Positions 49,202 through 62,160 of a DNA stretch of 64,000 nt are shown piece after piece; positions within the stretch are counted from its first letter, which is position 1; each line of letters opens with the position of its first letter. The stretch is from Nemertoderma westbladi (lineage: Eukaryota; Animalia; Xenacoelomorpha), in NCBI GenBank assembly GCA_032718475.1, contig JAUCBJ010006610.1, forward strand, positions 62,001 to 126,000. Reading direction: 5' to 3'. A program made the position numbers and the translations under genes. The notes below the pieces were generated by a model. That model was not told the origin of the DNA and searched no databases. It was given only the letters and a program-made list of their open reading frames with translations.

Positions 49202-49214
49202 GTATAACTGTTAT
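49202..49214 (-). promoter_or_regulatory. Candidate self-priming primer-binding site of BEL-2 (ATAACAGTTATAC)
   Basis: Abuts the 5' LTR, lacks TGG, and is an exact 13-nt complement of the LTR-internal sense sequence at 32247-32259. Confidence 0.65.
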
Positions 49215-50403
49215 TGTACGCGCTTTTGAAGACCTTTAGCAGTTTAACCCGCCAAAATTTATATGTCTTTTGGTTTATAAATAGACTTTAGTAAATGACA
49301 AGTATTTAATACCAATAAACACAACATTAGCCGAAGCCAGCCTAGTGCGCATCCATTCACCCGCTGGATATACCCGGGAGACTGGATTCGGATGGGGCTT
49401 AGATTTTATTATTGCAGTGTAAGCTTACTGTATTATTCGATTGATCGTTAATAAATAATTTCTGACGAGTATTATTCACTTTCGGGAAATATTAACAGTT
49501 CCTTTAGGACGTGGCGCTCTATCTAGGTAAACAGAGATATGACTTATACTAAACACAACTGTAAGACTGTAAGGCTTATGACTCACGTATGAGGCGCATT
49601 CTTTAGGAAATGCTTAGTTATCAGCCACAATCATGCACACTACCGGTACCACACAATACTGCACACTAATCTGCCGACCGTCAATGAATTTTATCATACA
49701 TAAAGAGAACAGCAATTGACTCATGTAGTGCCTATCAAATAGCATTAAATTCACTACAAACCACGATAATATAAGTCGCAATCGCTATATGTAACCTGTC
49801 TCTATAACCTGTAGTGTATCAAGAAAATTGGGAAATTTGGGTTATTTATCGATGTTCTCCAAATAATAATATTCAACCAACTGATACAAATAATGACAAC
49901 AGTAAAAAGCATTAAGACGGTAGGTTAAGATTATAACAATATAAGATTGTACCGCTGCGCTACTGCGCTGATATTATACGCTCTATAATCTAAGCCTACT
50001 AATGTTTCTTCTAAAGTCTGAAACAAATTGACTCCAGAGCCGGTGTTCTTGGCCTAGATAGAAACAACAAAACTATAACACAGAAAACTATAAGACTGAA
50101 CACTCCTAGCACGATCTGTAGAATATCTCCACATCGACAGTAAAAATCGCTCTGATTGGCTGTTAAGCTGAAACAAAGAACCATGTGTCCAACGGCCGTT
50201 TCCATGCCAGCAACCAGCTGTTAGATGTCGTAATCTGAATCATCAAGGCTACACTGTGCTAGAGGATTTGACGCATTGCGGGTTTTGTATCTTGCCATGT
50301 CCTCCAAAGCACACATAGAGAAAAACAACTTTTATGTCCGTTAAAACACCCACACGGTATTTTGCGGGCAAGGGGACTGATTATATCCGCAAAAGCTTTT
50401 ACA
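49215..50403 (-). repeat. 5' LTR of BEL-2 (1189 bp)
   Basis: Direct repeat of 31482-32683 lacking AGACTGATAACAG after 49973. Confidence 0.97.
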
Positions 50404-50947
50404 GGCAGCCTTGAATAGGCTTTCCAGGATTTGGAAGTCACCAAGAATTAATCGGACACTTAAGGTCCGATTATTTAGAGCAGCAGTAGTTCCAGTACTC
50501 CTCTATGGGAGTCCATGCTGGGCTCTAACTGCTGAGGACACCAAATCTCTGGATGGCACATTCACAAGAATGCTACACTGGGTTCATTGTGTCAAGTACA
50601 ATGCACATATCTCCAACCAGACACTATATAACATTGGAGATGTCTCATTGGTTCCCCCAAGCTTGACACTAGAACAAAATCGCCTCTGCTTTGCAGGACA
50701 TTGCTTTCGCCGTGAGGACCAGCCAGTGCATAATCTTGTACTTTGGCAGCCTCATGGAGTGAATAAGCATGGTGGACAGCCCATGACTTTCTTGAGACGC
50801 ATCTTAAAGGACACTGGCCTTGAAGATGCGGATGATCTAGCAAATGTCATGGGTGATAGGGAGTTGTGGCGGTGCAATTTTGTCGATAAGCCAGCACAGC
50901 ATTCTTAAAAATGCAGCTGCAATGCAGCATGCCGATCCTAGTAGTAT
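50404..50947 (+). mobile_element. RTE-type LINE, 3' half
   Basis: LNRLSRIWKS...LKVRLFRAAVVPVLLYG..W.LT...LDGTFTRML...RLCFAGHCFR...LVLWQP...DRELWR; stop at 50908, very short UTR and a (TAG)n-like tail. Confidence 0.92.
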
Positions 50948-51029
50948 CCCATATTGTTAGCATTGGTAGGCCCTATGAGTATCCCTTTGGATTCCCAAAA
51001 CGGACATCTTGAGGATTCTCTTACAAAAC

Positions 51030-52222
51030 TGAACATTGTATCAGGATTTTGAGAAGCAGGAGTAGTTATTTATCACCCGAATGCAATAGATAAGACTCAA
51101 TTAATTTCATCTGGCATTATTAGTAGTGAAAGTGTTGACCTGAGACCCGATTATTGCCATTTTCCTGAGTCAAACGTTGCTACTTCCACTTCCACCCATG
51201 ATGACTTCAGATCTGTTGGCCTTCAGCAGTCAAACATTACTACCTCAACCTATAATGACTTCAGATCAGTTAGCCCAGACCTAGTAGATAAAGACGACAG
51301 TGATAGCATTAACACTCTCCCAAGTGGTAGTGATGGTGGAGATAGCAATGAATGTGAGCTGGAAAATATTGGGCACAGAGAGTCAGCTTAATATGGATAG
51401 CAATTCCACTCATCCAAGTGGTAATGAAAGTGGCGATACCGATATATGTGAGCTGTAAAATCTCTTGGGCACAGAGAATCCTCTTCATAGTTTTCAAGTG
51501 ATAAACACAACAGGTTGAGTCATCTTCACAATTGCATCTGGATCTCGAGTGCATCTAACACCACAACTCAGACCATCTTCACACAATCACATCATGGACC
51601 TTCTGTGCACGAACACCCATTATTGGTTCACTACAATTTCTTCCCTAGAGAATATGCAGATATATTTACCCTGGCTATTCTCTATGTACCACCAGGTAGA
51701 AAGCATCCTCGAGAGTAAAGACGAAAGCCCATGTATTAACTTCCGATGAAGTGGTAAGTAATCTCAAAGTAATAGAAAAAAAAGAAAAATAGAAAAGAAG
51801 AAGGCTGCTGCTGAACAGAGAAAGAAGAATGATCAAATTAGGAAAGCACAGAAAGCTGATATGGTTGAAACAGAGGAAGAGGAAGCAACAGAAGCAAATG
51901 ATCCACGGCAGTATTACTTTTTTTTTTTGGGTTATTGGGCCGAGGCCCATATGATACTGAAATATCATATAGTAAAATGTGAATTAAGAAAAAAGCCAAT
52001 GACTTTCGTGATAATTAAATTCTAATAATTCCAGTGATTATATATTTGATGTTTGTTATCTATGTGAAACTGATAACTGATGGTCTGGATAACAGTGCTG
52101 CCTGCACCTGGGCTGGATGCAAATGTTGTTTTCACTGGGTCTGTGAGGATTGTGTTCCAGTGACATTTGAAATTGGTGTAGATGATTACTTCTGCGATAT
52201 TTCTACTGGTATTGAAGATTAG
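51030..52222 (+). pseudogene. Degenerate pogo/Tigger-like transposase C-terminal remnant
   Basis: Remnant motifs NIVSGF*EAGV...PNAI (~51033), KAHVLTSDE plus a K/E/R-rich stretch (~51725), and a PHD-like W.GCKCCFHWVC.DC...YFC (~52100). Confidence 0.65.
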
Positions 52223-52588
52223 GTGGTTTTAATCAATATAAATCACATAAAAACTAAATATAAACTGTGTTAAGCAAGCAGTTAATACACTCTTAATACT
52301 CATGGGTTAATTTGAATGCAAAATCAACTGCCTTTAACATGCTTGGAAGGGTGAATCATAGAGCGTTCTAAATGACAATATAGGTATTGGTTCTTTCCAA
52401 ATATACAATGAAAGGATTAATTGAATACCCCTTTCGATGTATTTATCCATCATTTCCACGACCTGATGATCCTGGTCAGACAGATCCAATACTACCATTA
52501 CAAATGACAGGTTTGCATTCAGCAGTACTTGTACTTCCGCATCCCACCTACGACCATTGCGACATAGTCGAGTAGGTAGATCCATTAA

Positions 52589-53590
52589 CCCTATTAAACC
52601 CGGGGGGGGGGGGGGGGTCAATATGACCCCCCCCCCGTGGTTTTTTTATTATAATTCTGAAACAAAGGCAGTTGGGAATCTGAAATTTTATGACTTTTCC
52701 TAAAAATCTATTGTCTTCCTAGTAGTGAAAACCGTTTTCAAAAATATTGGGTACTTTTCGAGATATAGCACCATTTTTTAACACTACTTTTGGCACTTTT
52801 TTTGAGACGTTTTTTGAAAATTACATTTCATTAAATATGAAATGTAACATCTTTATTTTTGATTTACACCGGTTTTTTGGTGTTAGAAATTGGATGGAAT
52901 TCATGTAAATTGATTTAGAAATTTCAAACTTGTTTTTTTCGGTGGGTGCCAAATTTTGGTGCCAGCACCAAATTTTGAAATATGTCAATTTTGTAAATTG
53001 ATTGTTTGAAACTTGTTTTTTACGCAATTGAGGTTTTTTGGGGTTGTAGATTCGATAAAATATATACGAGTTGCACCAAGCGTATCAAACTTGTATTTTT
53101 CGGTGCTGTGTGCAAATTTTGGTGCTAGCACGAAATTTTGAAAATCCATTCAATAGATAAAATTGCTTGTGACAATTTATTTCTTGAGTTTTAGAGGTTT
53201 ATGGCTGTTCTGAATTTAATGGAATATATAATTATCGAACTAGACATCTCAAATTTGTATTTTTCGGATGTGGGTGCAAAATGTGGTGCTAGCACCAAAT
53301 TTTGAAAACCATCAAATAAATAAATTGATTGTGTCACCTTGTTTCTTGCGTTATACGGGTTTGTGATGGTTCTGAATTCAATGGAATCAGCAAAAATTTC
53401 ATAAGAGTTCTCAAACTTGTATTTTCGCCGGTGGGTGAGAATTGTTGTGCCAGCACCAAATTTTGGAAAATATGCAAATTGATCAGTAGATAGTATCACC
53501 TTGTTTCTTGCGTTATACGGGTTTATGAGGGTCCTAAATCCGATGGAATCAATAAAAACAGCACTGGACATCGCAAACTTGTACTTTTTG
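52589..53590. mobile_element. One end of a piggyBac-like non-autonomous DNA element with ~180-bp internal repeats
   Basis: TTAA followed by CCCTATT...GGGGTCAATATGACCCCC hairpin; about 4 diverged ~180-bp units at 52880-53590 (AAACTTGTATTTT...GCACCAAATTTTG). The opposite terminus was not found. Confidence 0.55.
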
Positions 53591-53594
53591 GTGA

Positions 53595-54030
53595 TGGGCC
53601 AGGGAGACGGAAAGCGCATTGACGGAGTCATTCTCATCCTCATTCTCATTTGGGACACCACCATCGTGGACTCACTCACGCCCAGCCACCTCATCCAAAG
53701 TACGGTGTTGATGAGGCCGAATCCCTAAAGATCCGGAAGTACCAGGACCAGATTGACCAGGGGTACTCCTATCATGTTGCTTACGAGGCCCTTGGTTGAC
53801 CCGGCTCTGAGACCTGGGACGGCAGCTTTCCTAAAGGAAACAGGAACTCGTCTCACACCACCACTCAGGAGCCTCGATCCCTCCAACACGGCCTCCATAT
53901 TTGCGACTATGGACCCTCCCCTTTCTTACAGCCTCTACGAGATTCTATACCCCCCCCCCCCCCCCCCCGCCATGAATGGATATCATCTCCATTTGTACTT
54001 TTTATTAATTTATTTATTAACTAAATGTAA
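53595..54030 (+). mobile_element. Degenerate 3' fragment of a CRE-like non-LTR retrotransposon (restriction-like endonuclease domain)
   Basis: Across frames: DGKRIDG...WDTTIVDSLTPSHL...EAESLKIRKY...AYEALG...AAFLKETGTRL...EPRS...NTASIFAT, matching the RPDG/WD.T/AE..K..KY/GNA pattern of RLE elements. Confidence 0.7.
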
Positions 54031-54764
54031 GACATATTAGACTCTTTTCTTTTTCTTATTTTTTTTAATTAAAAACTCAGAACTTATTTAATTTTAATAT
54101 TTTAACTTGTTTTTTATTTACTTTTACTCTGTATTATTCCTCATGTCCGACATTTTAACCCAATTTTACTGAGTTCCGTTTCATTTTTTTAGATAGCCCC
54201 TTTCAGATAACTCGCAACAAACGTTTATTAAGTACATTTTTTAAATAATACATAATTAATTACTTATATTCTGGTGCAGAATTATAATTTAATTAATTGA
54301 ATTACTTTATCATCCTAAATAATGACATGTTGGTCTGATTCGAAAAGTTTCTGCATATGTATTCTAATTGATCCCTTCAAAGATTTAGCTAAGCTGAATT
54401 AATAACACCAGACCATAAGATAAGCAGATACTAAGAGCGACAATAAATTCTGGTGATACACCAGAAAGATAGTTATAAGATAGTTATGCGATAATGCATC
54501 GCATATATGATATGAAACTGTATAACGGTAAATTGCAGAAACTCTCCAAGGCCATGAACTAAAGAATAACGAAGATTTTCGCACAAATCTATTAGTAATT
54601 AGCGGCCAATTGTCAAAACCACAATGAACTTCATCAATTATTCAATCTACTGTCAGTGGACTTCCCAATACAATTTGCATTGAGCAGGATGCCATATTGT
54701 TTGGGAAAGCCTAAAAAGGCTATTATATTAATTGGGAAGCCTAAAGGTGTGGGATAGTATTTGG

Positions 54765-54814
54765 ATAAAATGGTTAGATGCCTTTAGTTATCTAAAGGCA
54801 TCTAACCATTTTAT
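54765..54814. repeat. Perfect 23-bp-arm inverted repeat
   Basis: ATAAAATGGTTAGATGCCTTTAG-ttat-CTAAAGGCATCTAACCATTTTAT. Confidence 0.9.
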
Positions 54815-56206
54815 GCAAATACATTATTTGGAGTGTAGCAAGATAGCCTTTGTCCACCGTAAGGTCGAACATTGGACCATAAAATGGGGTTTGCATTTTA
54901 TCTCGCTGTATAATTTACTTCCCACATGAAGCTGAAGTCTCCTATAATTTTAACATAAATATCTCCACACGACTTTTTCCCTTTTCCGCATTTCATTTCA
55001 TTTCTAAAATGTCGTGTTATTGTTATAAACAAACGGGTTGATAATTCAAAGTGATCCTCCGAAGCTCTTTGCATAGGATCTTATCCGCAAATATCAGCCA
55101 ACGCAACTATGAGATAGTGTAAGGCAAATCTTCACTTACTCCGATTCTGATACAGTTTTTCATCCAGTTTTCAGTTTTTTTTTATTATTAAATTTTTTCA
55201 TTATTTCATTTTTTTTCATTCAGTTTTTAATTTAATACTGTCCAGTACTTTGTTCTGTGCAGTTGCTTCCAGATAGATCCGAACATAACTATTAATCTCT
55301 TATTCTGAGTACGAATATAATGTTATGGGAGGGATTCAATTCATTGAGGGAACTAGGCAAGTATTAATAAGATGGCTGTGGTCATAACATATACAGTAAA
55401 ACGGCAGAGCCGTTTATTAAGTAGTGCAAAATAAATGGGTACCGGTAATGGGTGATAAATGGGAACCAAAGGAAACTTCGGAAACAGATTGGGGGGGGGG
55501 GGGGGGGGGGCGTAATGTGCAAGATCACCCCCATGATGAGATGGTGGTGAACAAGCACTGGAACAAGCACAAGAACAAGAACTGGTAAATGGATCACAGC
55601 ACAATCAGTAAGTCCTAGGTGATGATGATGGTCAAAAACCGTTCGACATCCACAGTAGATAATTGCCAAATGAACATAATTAATATTGGGTAACATATGC
55701 CTGGAAACTGCACAGAAACAACATGGAAATTTATCACGGTCCTACCTACGTGTTGACCTACCAATAGATACACATTTACTGGCCATGTGCTGCCCCAATA
55801 TTGGTTGTTTTTTTTCCCCTGTCATTCTATGTTCTCTTGGCCCTATGCTAGCTTCTCCCCTGATGTGTTGGTAACCAACTCTCAGCTAGCATCACATTCC
55901 TCGGTATGCAATATTATATTGGATATTGGATACCTGTGGGTGATTCGTAAATCACCCTGTTCCCCATTCTACTGGCAGGTGGCGTGCATCGGATGGATCC
56001 GCTAACAAATGTTGCTGATCACACACAATATGGAAACTCACACATGGTGAGTTTCCATCTTTAAGAGGTAATGGGATGATGTCATCTAATGGTATGGATT
56101 CGTCTTCAAGAAAATTCACTAACTTGATGGATTGAAATGGCTGATATGAAGTGAGCTTTTCTCGGCTCGGTTACTTATGGAGGTTTAGCCGTGCGCAAAG
56201 GGCCAC

Positions 56207-56292
56207 AAGATCTACATCCCTGTACTGCATGTACACTGTACATGCAGTACAGGGATGTAGATCTTATAGACCTGTACATTGTACAGGTCTAT
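56207..56292. repeat. Two abutting perfect palindromes (29+1+29 and 13+1+13 bp)
   Basis: 56207-56265 and 56266-56292, both centred on TGTACA-N-TGTACA. Confidence 0.9.
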
Positions 56293-57724
56293 GAGGTCCA
56301 TGTCCATGGATCAGATTAGCGTATTGCATCAGAGTAAGAGTCGATGGAGAAATAACAGGGCCTATATTTGGAAACCCATTCAGGGCGGGTTACTTTGAGC
56401 AACATCACTGTATAAATGGGGAGGGTTCGATTGAATAGTACGTGCTCCCTGTTGCAGGTGCTTGAAAAGTTCGATTTTAGCAGTAATGGTTTCCCGATGG
56501 GCATCTGTCATTTCTTGCCTCGAGGTTGCGATATCAGTTAAAGCCACAGTGTACTCGCTGCATAATGAGTCGTGAATAGAGATAAATTAAAGCAGCGGTG
56601 TACTTGCTGCGAGATCAGATAAAGCAGCAGTGTACTCAGGTGATGAGTTGTGAATAGAGATCATCGCCAACAGGGCATCAATTAATTGCTTTTCATTATT
56701 TGCCGATACAGATTTATTCTGTTCCGAATACAGTTCCGAATATGTTCCATATCTCGGTGTAAATCTCCTCTAAATTGGCCATATAATCAGATCATACCAG
56801 TATCAGTAATTTAATACATAAGATTAACTCAAACAGCAGAAATTTCTTTGTCACACACCAAATTTCTCAAGAAATTTCTTAGTTATATATGTTTGTTATA
56901 TCATTTATTTTTCTTCGCTAAAGGGACATAGCATCGACAATGTTAAAAAAATAGTACCTAATGCACAAAATGTAGGTTTCGATCATTGACTTTAAGTCTG
57001 TTAGAGAGACTTCGAGTAAATGGATCCATAAGCTATAAATCAATACAATGTTACAAATATAATCCACATAGGACTTATAGCAATGATGTTAAAACAAGTT
57101 ACAAGGACCAGGCAGTATTTTAAATAAGTGGGAAAAGCCTAGACACCACGTAGCAAATACTAATCATTAAAAATTGTATATATTGCACTGTACTGAATTA
57201 TTTTTCTTTGATCATCTCAAAATACAATATGGTAATGGAATACATTTTTTTATTACAGTGTAAGTCTTTAAAAATTAATAGGCCCAAAATATGAATAACA
57301 TCTTTAAAAATTTCCTACGGGGTAGGTTTTTCTTGGTGGTGATTTTATTTTCAGTCTAATTTTTCATGATAGATGTTATTGTCTCTTACACTGTCTGCCC
57401 TTTAATATATAACCGACACCTGCACTAACAAACGGACAGTTTGAATGTCTTCTATCGTGAAAAATCACATCGGATATGAAATCACCAACTCCCAGGAAAA
57501 CCACAACAGCAAAAATGTTGCAAAGCATTGTTCTTTCTTATTCATAGATATGCTTAGTGGCAGTTAAGATGGTGAAGGTTCACCATCGCTTCCTTAGAAT
57601 CGATTAGACCCCATCAAGTCCGATTGACTGGGCTCATCACTGAAACCAAACCCCTGCCAAGAATGACGACCTCACCTGAGGTACAGGAGTTTAGAATGGA
57701 GTAGTAGGATTATGTGGTTTATCA

Positions 57725-58523
57725 AGGCCAGGTCACACATAAGTTTTCAACTGTCAACATACAACTAAAAGATAGAACATATTGTAGCCTATGGGGACGT
57801 TCACACTAAACAGTCAACTTTCAACTTTTAAAATGCACTAGTCCTATGTTCTATCTTACTTGAAAGTTGAAAGCTGGCATTTCCAGCATTGGCAGCCAAT
57901 CAGAAGTAGGTAATGTTTATAAATTATAGCAGCTACTAGCACATAACATTTATGTTATATACTTTACCTTTAAAGTTAGGTAGAAGTAGTTTTGCGTAGC
58001 CCGATATAGACTTCCTCTACTTGCCATCTCTCTCATATATGCGGTTCTATAGATGAGAGTAATTCATCAAAGGATGAAATTAACATGCTCGTGACGTATA
58101 TGTTATTAAAAAAATTCCTTTACTTCTTTTATAACATCTGCCCGCGAATCTTGATAAAGTTTTCCAATAACGCCGTACGACAACCTCTTTTGATTGATCA
58201 GGTAAACACAATATCGGCGTTTATTTCGCCGCCTATGTAAGGCATAATTATACTAATATTACGTCATCGATTTAGATATCATTATTAAAAATTATGACTT
58301 TAGATAAAATGAAAAAACACTTATATTACAGAAAACAATACAGATGTGATAACTGCCAGCTGAATATTGTTCAACCCTTTATATCTGGTCTAAGCAATAT
58401 TATACAATAATTTTTATGAGCTGAAAGTTGAATGTTTATGTGTGAACTGGGACTTAGTTATTTGAAAGCTGATAGTTGAATGTTGAAAGTTGAATGTTGA
58501 AAGCGCATGTGTGACCCGGGCCT
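57725..58523. mobile_element. PIF/Harbinger-like MITE, apparently with a related element nested inside (about 57792-58458)
   Basis: Outer TIRs AGGCCAGGTCACACAT / ATGTGTGACCCGGGCCT with TCA/TAA flanks and TTCAAC subrepeats; inner pair GTTCACACTAAAC / GTTTATGTGTGAAC. Confidence 0.6.
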
Positions 58524-58666
58524 TAAGAATATTACAAATGAAAGATTATTGCGACTGAACTAACAAAATTTAACATAAAAAATTTCAGAAAATAATATAG
58601 GAAATATATAGAAAATTTGCAATTTCAACCCATTTTGGAGTAGTTCACTTTTTTCTCTCTTTTTAC

Positions 58667-58811
58667 CTTTTTGGAGTGACCAAAACGGTATGTTTGACCA
58701 GCATTGGTCGTCACCGCGATGTCGCCATGACGTGTATCTGTGCACCGAGACTAAACAGTGCACCGTGCTTAAATACTGCTCGATTGTACATCTAAGACCA
58801 TAGAGCACAAA
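58667..58811 (-). CDS. Candidate exon of an unidentified gene (FVLYGLRCTIEQYLSTVHC...WSNIPFWSLQK)
   Basis: ttgtAG acceptor and GTAAAA donor; GC-rich against AT-rich flanks; the only open frame matches the phase of the upstream candidate exon. Confidence 0.4.
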
Positions 58812-58925
58812 CTACAAAGCATTATTTAACAACTAAATAAAGAAATACTTTTAATAATTTGTTGGTTTTAAGACACCACTATTATTTGAATATTATTCAC
58901 TTAATTAAACATAAACACTTATTAC

Positions 58926-59085
58926 TGTAGGTGGAGATAATGCCGATGTCCTTTCCTTATCCATGTTGCTGAGTTTTAGAGTCAGCGGCTTTTGCGTCTC
59001 ATCAGTATCCATGAACGATTCATCCTCGCGGCGATATACCTTACTGCGGGTAAAGTGCGTTTGTTGGGCCACCAAAGCTCGTTGT
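58926..59085 (-). CDS. Candidate exon of the same unidentified gene (QRALVAQQTHFTRSKVYRREDES...ALSPPT)
   Basis: ttttttttAG acceptor, GTAATA donor, 160-bp open frame, 114-bp AT-rich intron to the next candidate exon. Confidence 0.4.
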
Positions 59086-61809
59086 CTAAAAAAAAGTTAT
59101 ATGAAGGTAGAAATTTGTTTTAAGCAAATGTATTATTGTTTGTTGTCGTTTTTTTTTTGCTGAATTGTAGGTGTGTAACAATTTTTAAAATAATCCTTAA
59201 TGACAATCGGACCAGTTAATGGTTTGTCTCCAACTTGCCGTCGCAAATACTGTGGGTATTTCTTGCAACCAATATAACGTGATTTCCTGTTAATCTTGCT
59301 CTCTATTATCATCAATGGAGTGATAAAAAATAATAAACGTAACTCTAAACTAAACGACTAAACGTTGTTTTATTTATACTTTTAATTTTGTTTATGTTTT
59401 TATCTCCCTGGGGGGAATCTAGGGCCTAATATTTAAAAATTGCATTTTTATCCCTTTTGCTCTGTAAGGGAACTCCTCCAGTAAACGTCACTGAAGGGAT
59501 ATCTTTCGTCATAGGGGTGAGAATTTCGAAATACCCTTATCCGATCCTTAAGTGCTTCCCTAGTAGAATATCTACTTCCCTTCACACTAGACTTCCGGTT
59601 TTGTTCAGGGAACCTGCCGTCGGACAACCCATGGCCGGTAAAGGATATGTAGTAGACACTGAAACAGTGTCATAAATAAGAAGGTTCAGTTTGACTTGCA
59701 ATATATTGATAACTACATACTAGAACAATAACTACTATTCTCACCAGTAGAAGGTGCTTGCACTTACGGTGCAAATAACACCAATAATATACAATAATAA
59801 AGTACTGATTATCATTAGGAAGAGGTGACATTTAATGTAGAAATGCACATAAGAATAAACTATATATCAAAACCACAACATTAAATACGTCACAATATTG
59901 GCAATAATCAGCACTAAACATCTGACCGATCTAATATTAACACCTTCACCTTTTACGCCCAAAATGTCCGTTATCTCTCTCAGCTGTGAGTAATGTTGGC
60001 AAACCCCCCTATCCAATAATAACCCCTTTCACCCACACAAACCAACCGGATACATTGTTCTTTCGGTATTGTAATTCCTACAGTATTTATTGCACCATTG
60101 TTTGGTCTTATCAGTATTTAAACGTATCTAAACTGGGCTTGGCCATCACGCCTCACTTCATAGCTTTTAATCATACCACGGTATGATTCATTCTGTTAGT
60201 CAATGTCACATCCCCTGTTATTACCCCCCTAATTATATCCTTTATTGGTTTGGTATTATTCACTAACATGCTCCTCTTTTTATATATTTAATAAATGTAT
60301 TATATTGATATTTCGGACCACTTCCATATCTTCCTGCAAAGTAAAGTCATTAATAGTTACTAGTGTCGTGTCCTATTATACCCAGTGTCCTATTATCCCT
60401 TATATCAATATCATGTCAAAGCCTTATTGGTTGGTTATACCGCGTATTGGAAGGGACAGATTTCGCACAGACGAAAAATACGGATAATTTTTAATTTAGA
60501 GCGATGTCACTTTTAGTCATAAATAATAATTACTAGATAGCAAACTTGAACTTCGCTGTTTAGGCATAGGCCTACATATAAAAAAAAAGATTCGCTATTA
60601 TGTCTAAAGTTAAAGCCGATATACACATAAAACCAGAATAACCTACACAATTATTGCTAAAATTCATTCATCTGAAAACATTTCAACGGTGACGTGTAAG
60701 TAGATGTGTGAGTAGAATAGATTCGTTTTGACTGAAAATGACTAAAAAGAGATAACTAAAGCCCCGTTCACATCCAACAGTGGGTGAGCGGTAAAGTAGT
60801 CTGGCGGTATTGTAAGCCAGCGGTTCACTACCCGGAGCCCGTTCATTTATTTTTTATTTATTCACATAATATATTTTAATGGACAAACTATGATTTGGAA
60901 CTCAACCTAACTTTTTTAATTTTATATATCTACCGAGAGACCAGCTACAAAGTACTAAACCAGCCCTTACTTTCCATATATATACATATATACTGGAAAA
61001 AAAAACAATAAACAAAACACAATAGAATAGAATAGGTTACAGTTTTAGTATTTACTTTATACAATAAATATATAAAATAAGGCAATTACCTAAATATATA
61101 AATAGAGGTAACTCTTCCTCAATGTGATAAGCTTATTAATTTGCCTGATTAATAATAAGTCATCCGTAATTAAGCAGATCCGTTGATAATACAGCTTCGT
61201 GCCAACAGCCTATATGGCCTCCTCTCCTCTCTATCAGATGGACAGGATATTCAATTAAGTCACACTCAAATGGACGTCCTACATACACATACAGACAGAC
61301 GGTGATGGGTGGAAGAGCAAGCTGTCACATATATTGTTTATTTTACTCAGGTTTCTGTCTTCTACCTATCTGGAGATATAAATATAATAACTTCCTTTTT
61401 GGGAGTTGCTGTTCCAACATACGAAAATGACAAACAATGAATAATACCGAGTAATATATATATATATATAATAAAAAATATATACCATCAAGTAATAATA
61501 TATAGTAATACACAATGAGTATACCGGTACAATACAAGTAAGAACAGATGACAATTCTGATAAGATAATTGCTGTCATTTGGTCACTTCCCAGGTTCTAA
61601 TGTTGTTATACCACCAGTGAGCCTAAGTTGGTACCAAGCAGCTCTAACTTAGGGAAGATTTACAGTACAGTGCATATTACATTACTGGTATTAGCATATT
61701 ATATTACAGTATATCAAGGAAGAGACACAACAAGTGACTTTTCACCTGCTTAAGGGATAATCGCCAACTCAATGCAGTAACAAACAAGTGGTATGTTTGT
61801 GATAGAAAA

Positions 61810-62160
61810 TAAGGAAAAGCGAAAGTAAGGGGAAGGCATGGGCAGCATAGAATGAGCTTTCCAGGATTTGGAAGTCACATAGAATACATCGGAAACTTAA
61901 GGTCCGATTATTTAGAGCGGCAGTAGTTCCATGTCCATGCTGCATGTGAGTCCATGCTGGGCTTTAACTGCTAAGGTTAAAGTGACGTGACACTAGAACA
62001 AAGCTGCCTCTGCTTTGCAGGATATTGCTTTTGCTTTGAGGACCAGCCTTGCACTATCTCATGCTTTGGCAGCCCCATGTAGAAAATAAGCATAGTGAAC
62101 AGCGCATGACTTTCGTGAGACGCCTCCTAAAGGACACTGGCCTCGAAGTTAGCTCTAAAT
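61810..62160 (+). mobile_element. Degenerate RTE-type LINE fragment, third copy of the family
   Basis: GGAAGGCATGGGCAGCATAGAATGAGCTTTCCAGGATTTGGAAGTCAC... is homologous to the joined 31460-31481/50409-50830 sequence and shows the empty BEL-2 site. Confidence 0.85.

Larger units (their letters stand above)
31482..50403 (-). mobile_element. Full-length BEL/Pao LTR retrotransposon (BEL-2), 18.9 kb, with accessory ORFs
   Basis: Paired LTRs, 5-bp target duplication GGCAG (31477-31481, 50404-50408), purine tract GGGAGCGG before the 3' LTR, and gag-PR-RT-RH-IN order with BEL-type triple zinc knuckle and C-terminal domain. Confidence 0.98.

Noticed and set aside
58931-59049. Next + strand collagen exon (tgtAG at 58930)
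   Set aside because: The phase-0 frame stops after 13 codons and has no Gly-X-Y; the - strand reading fits better.
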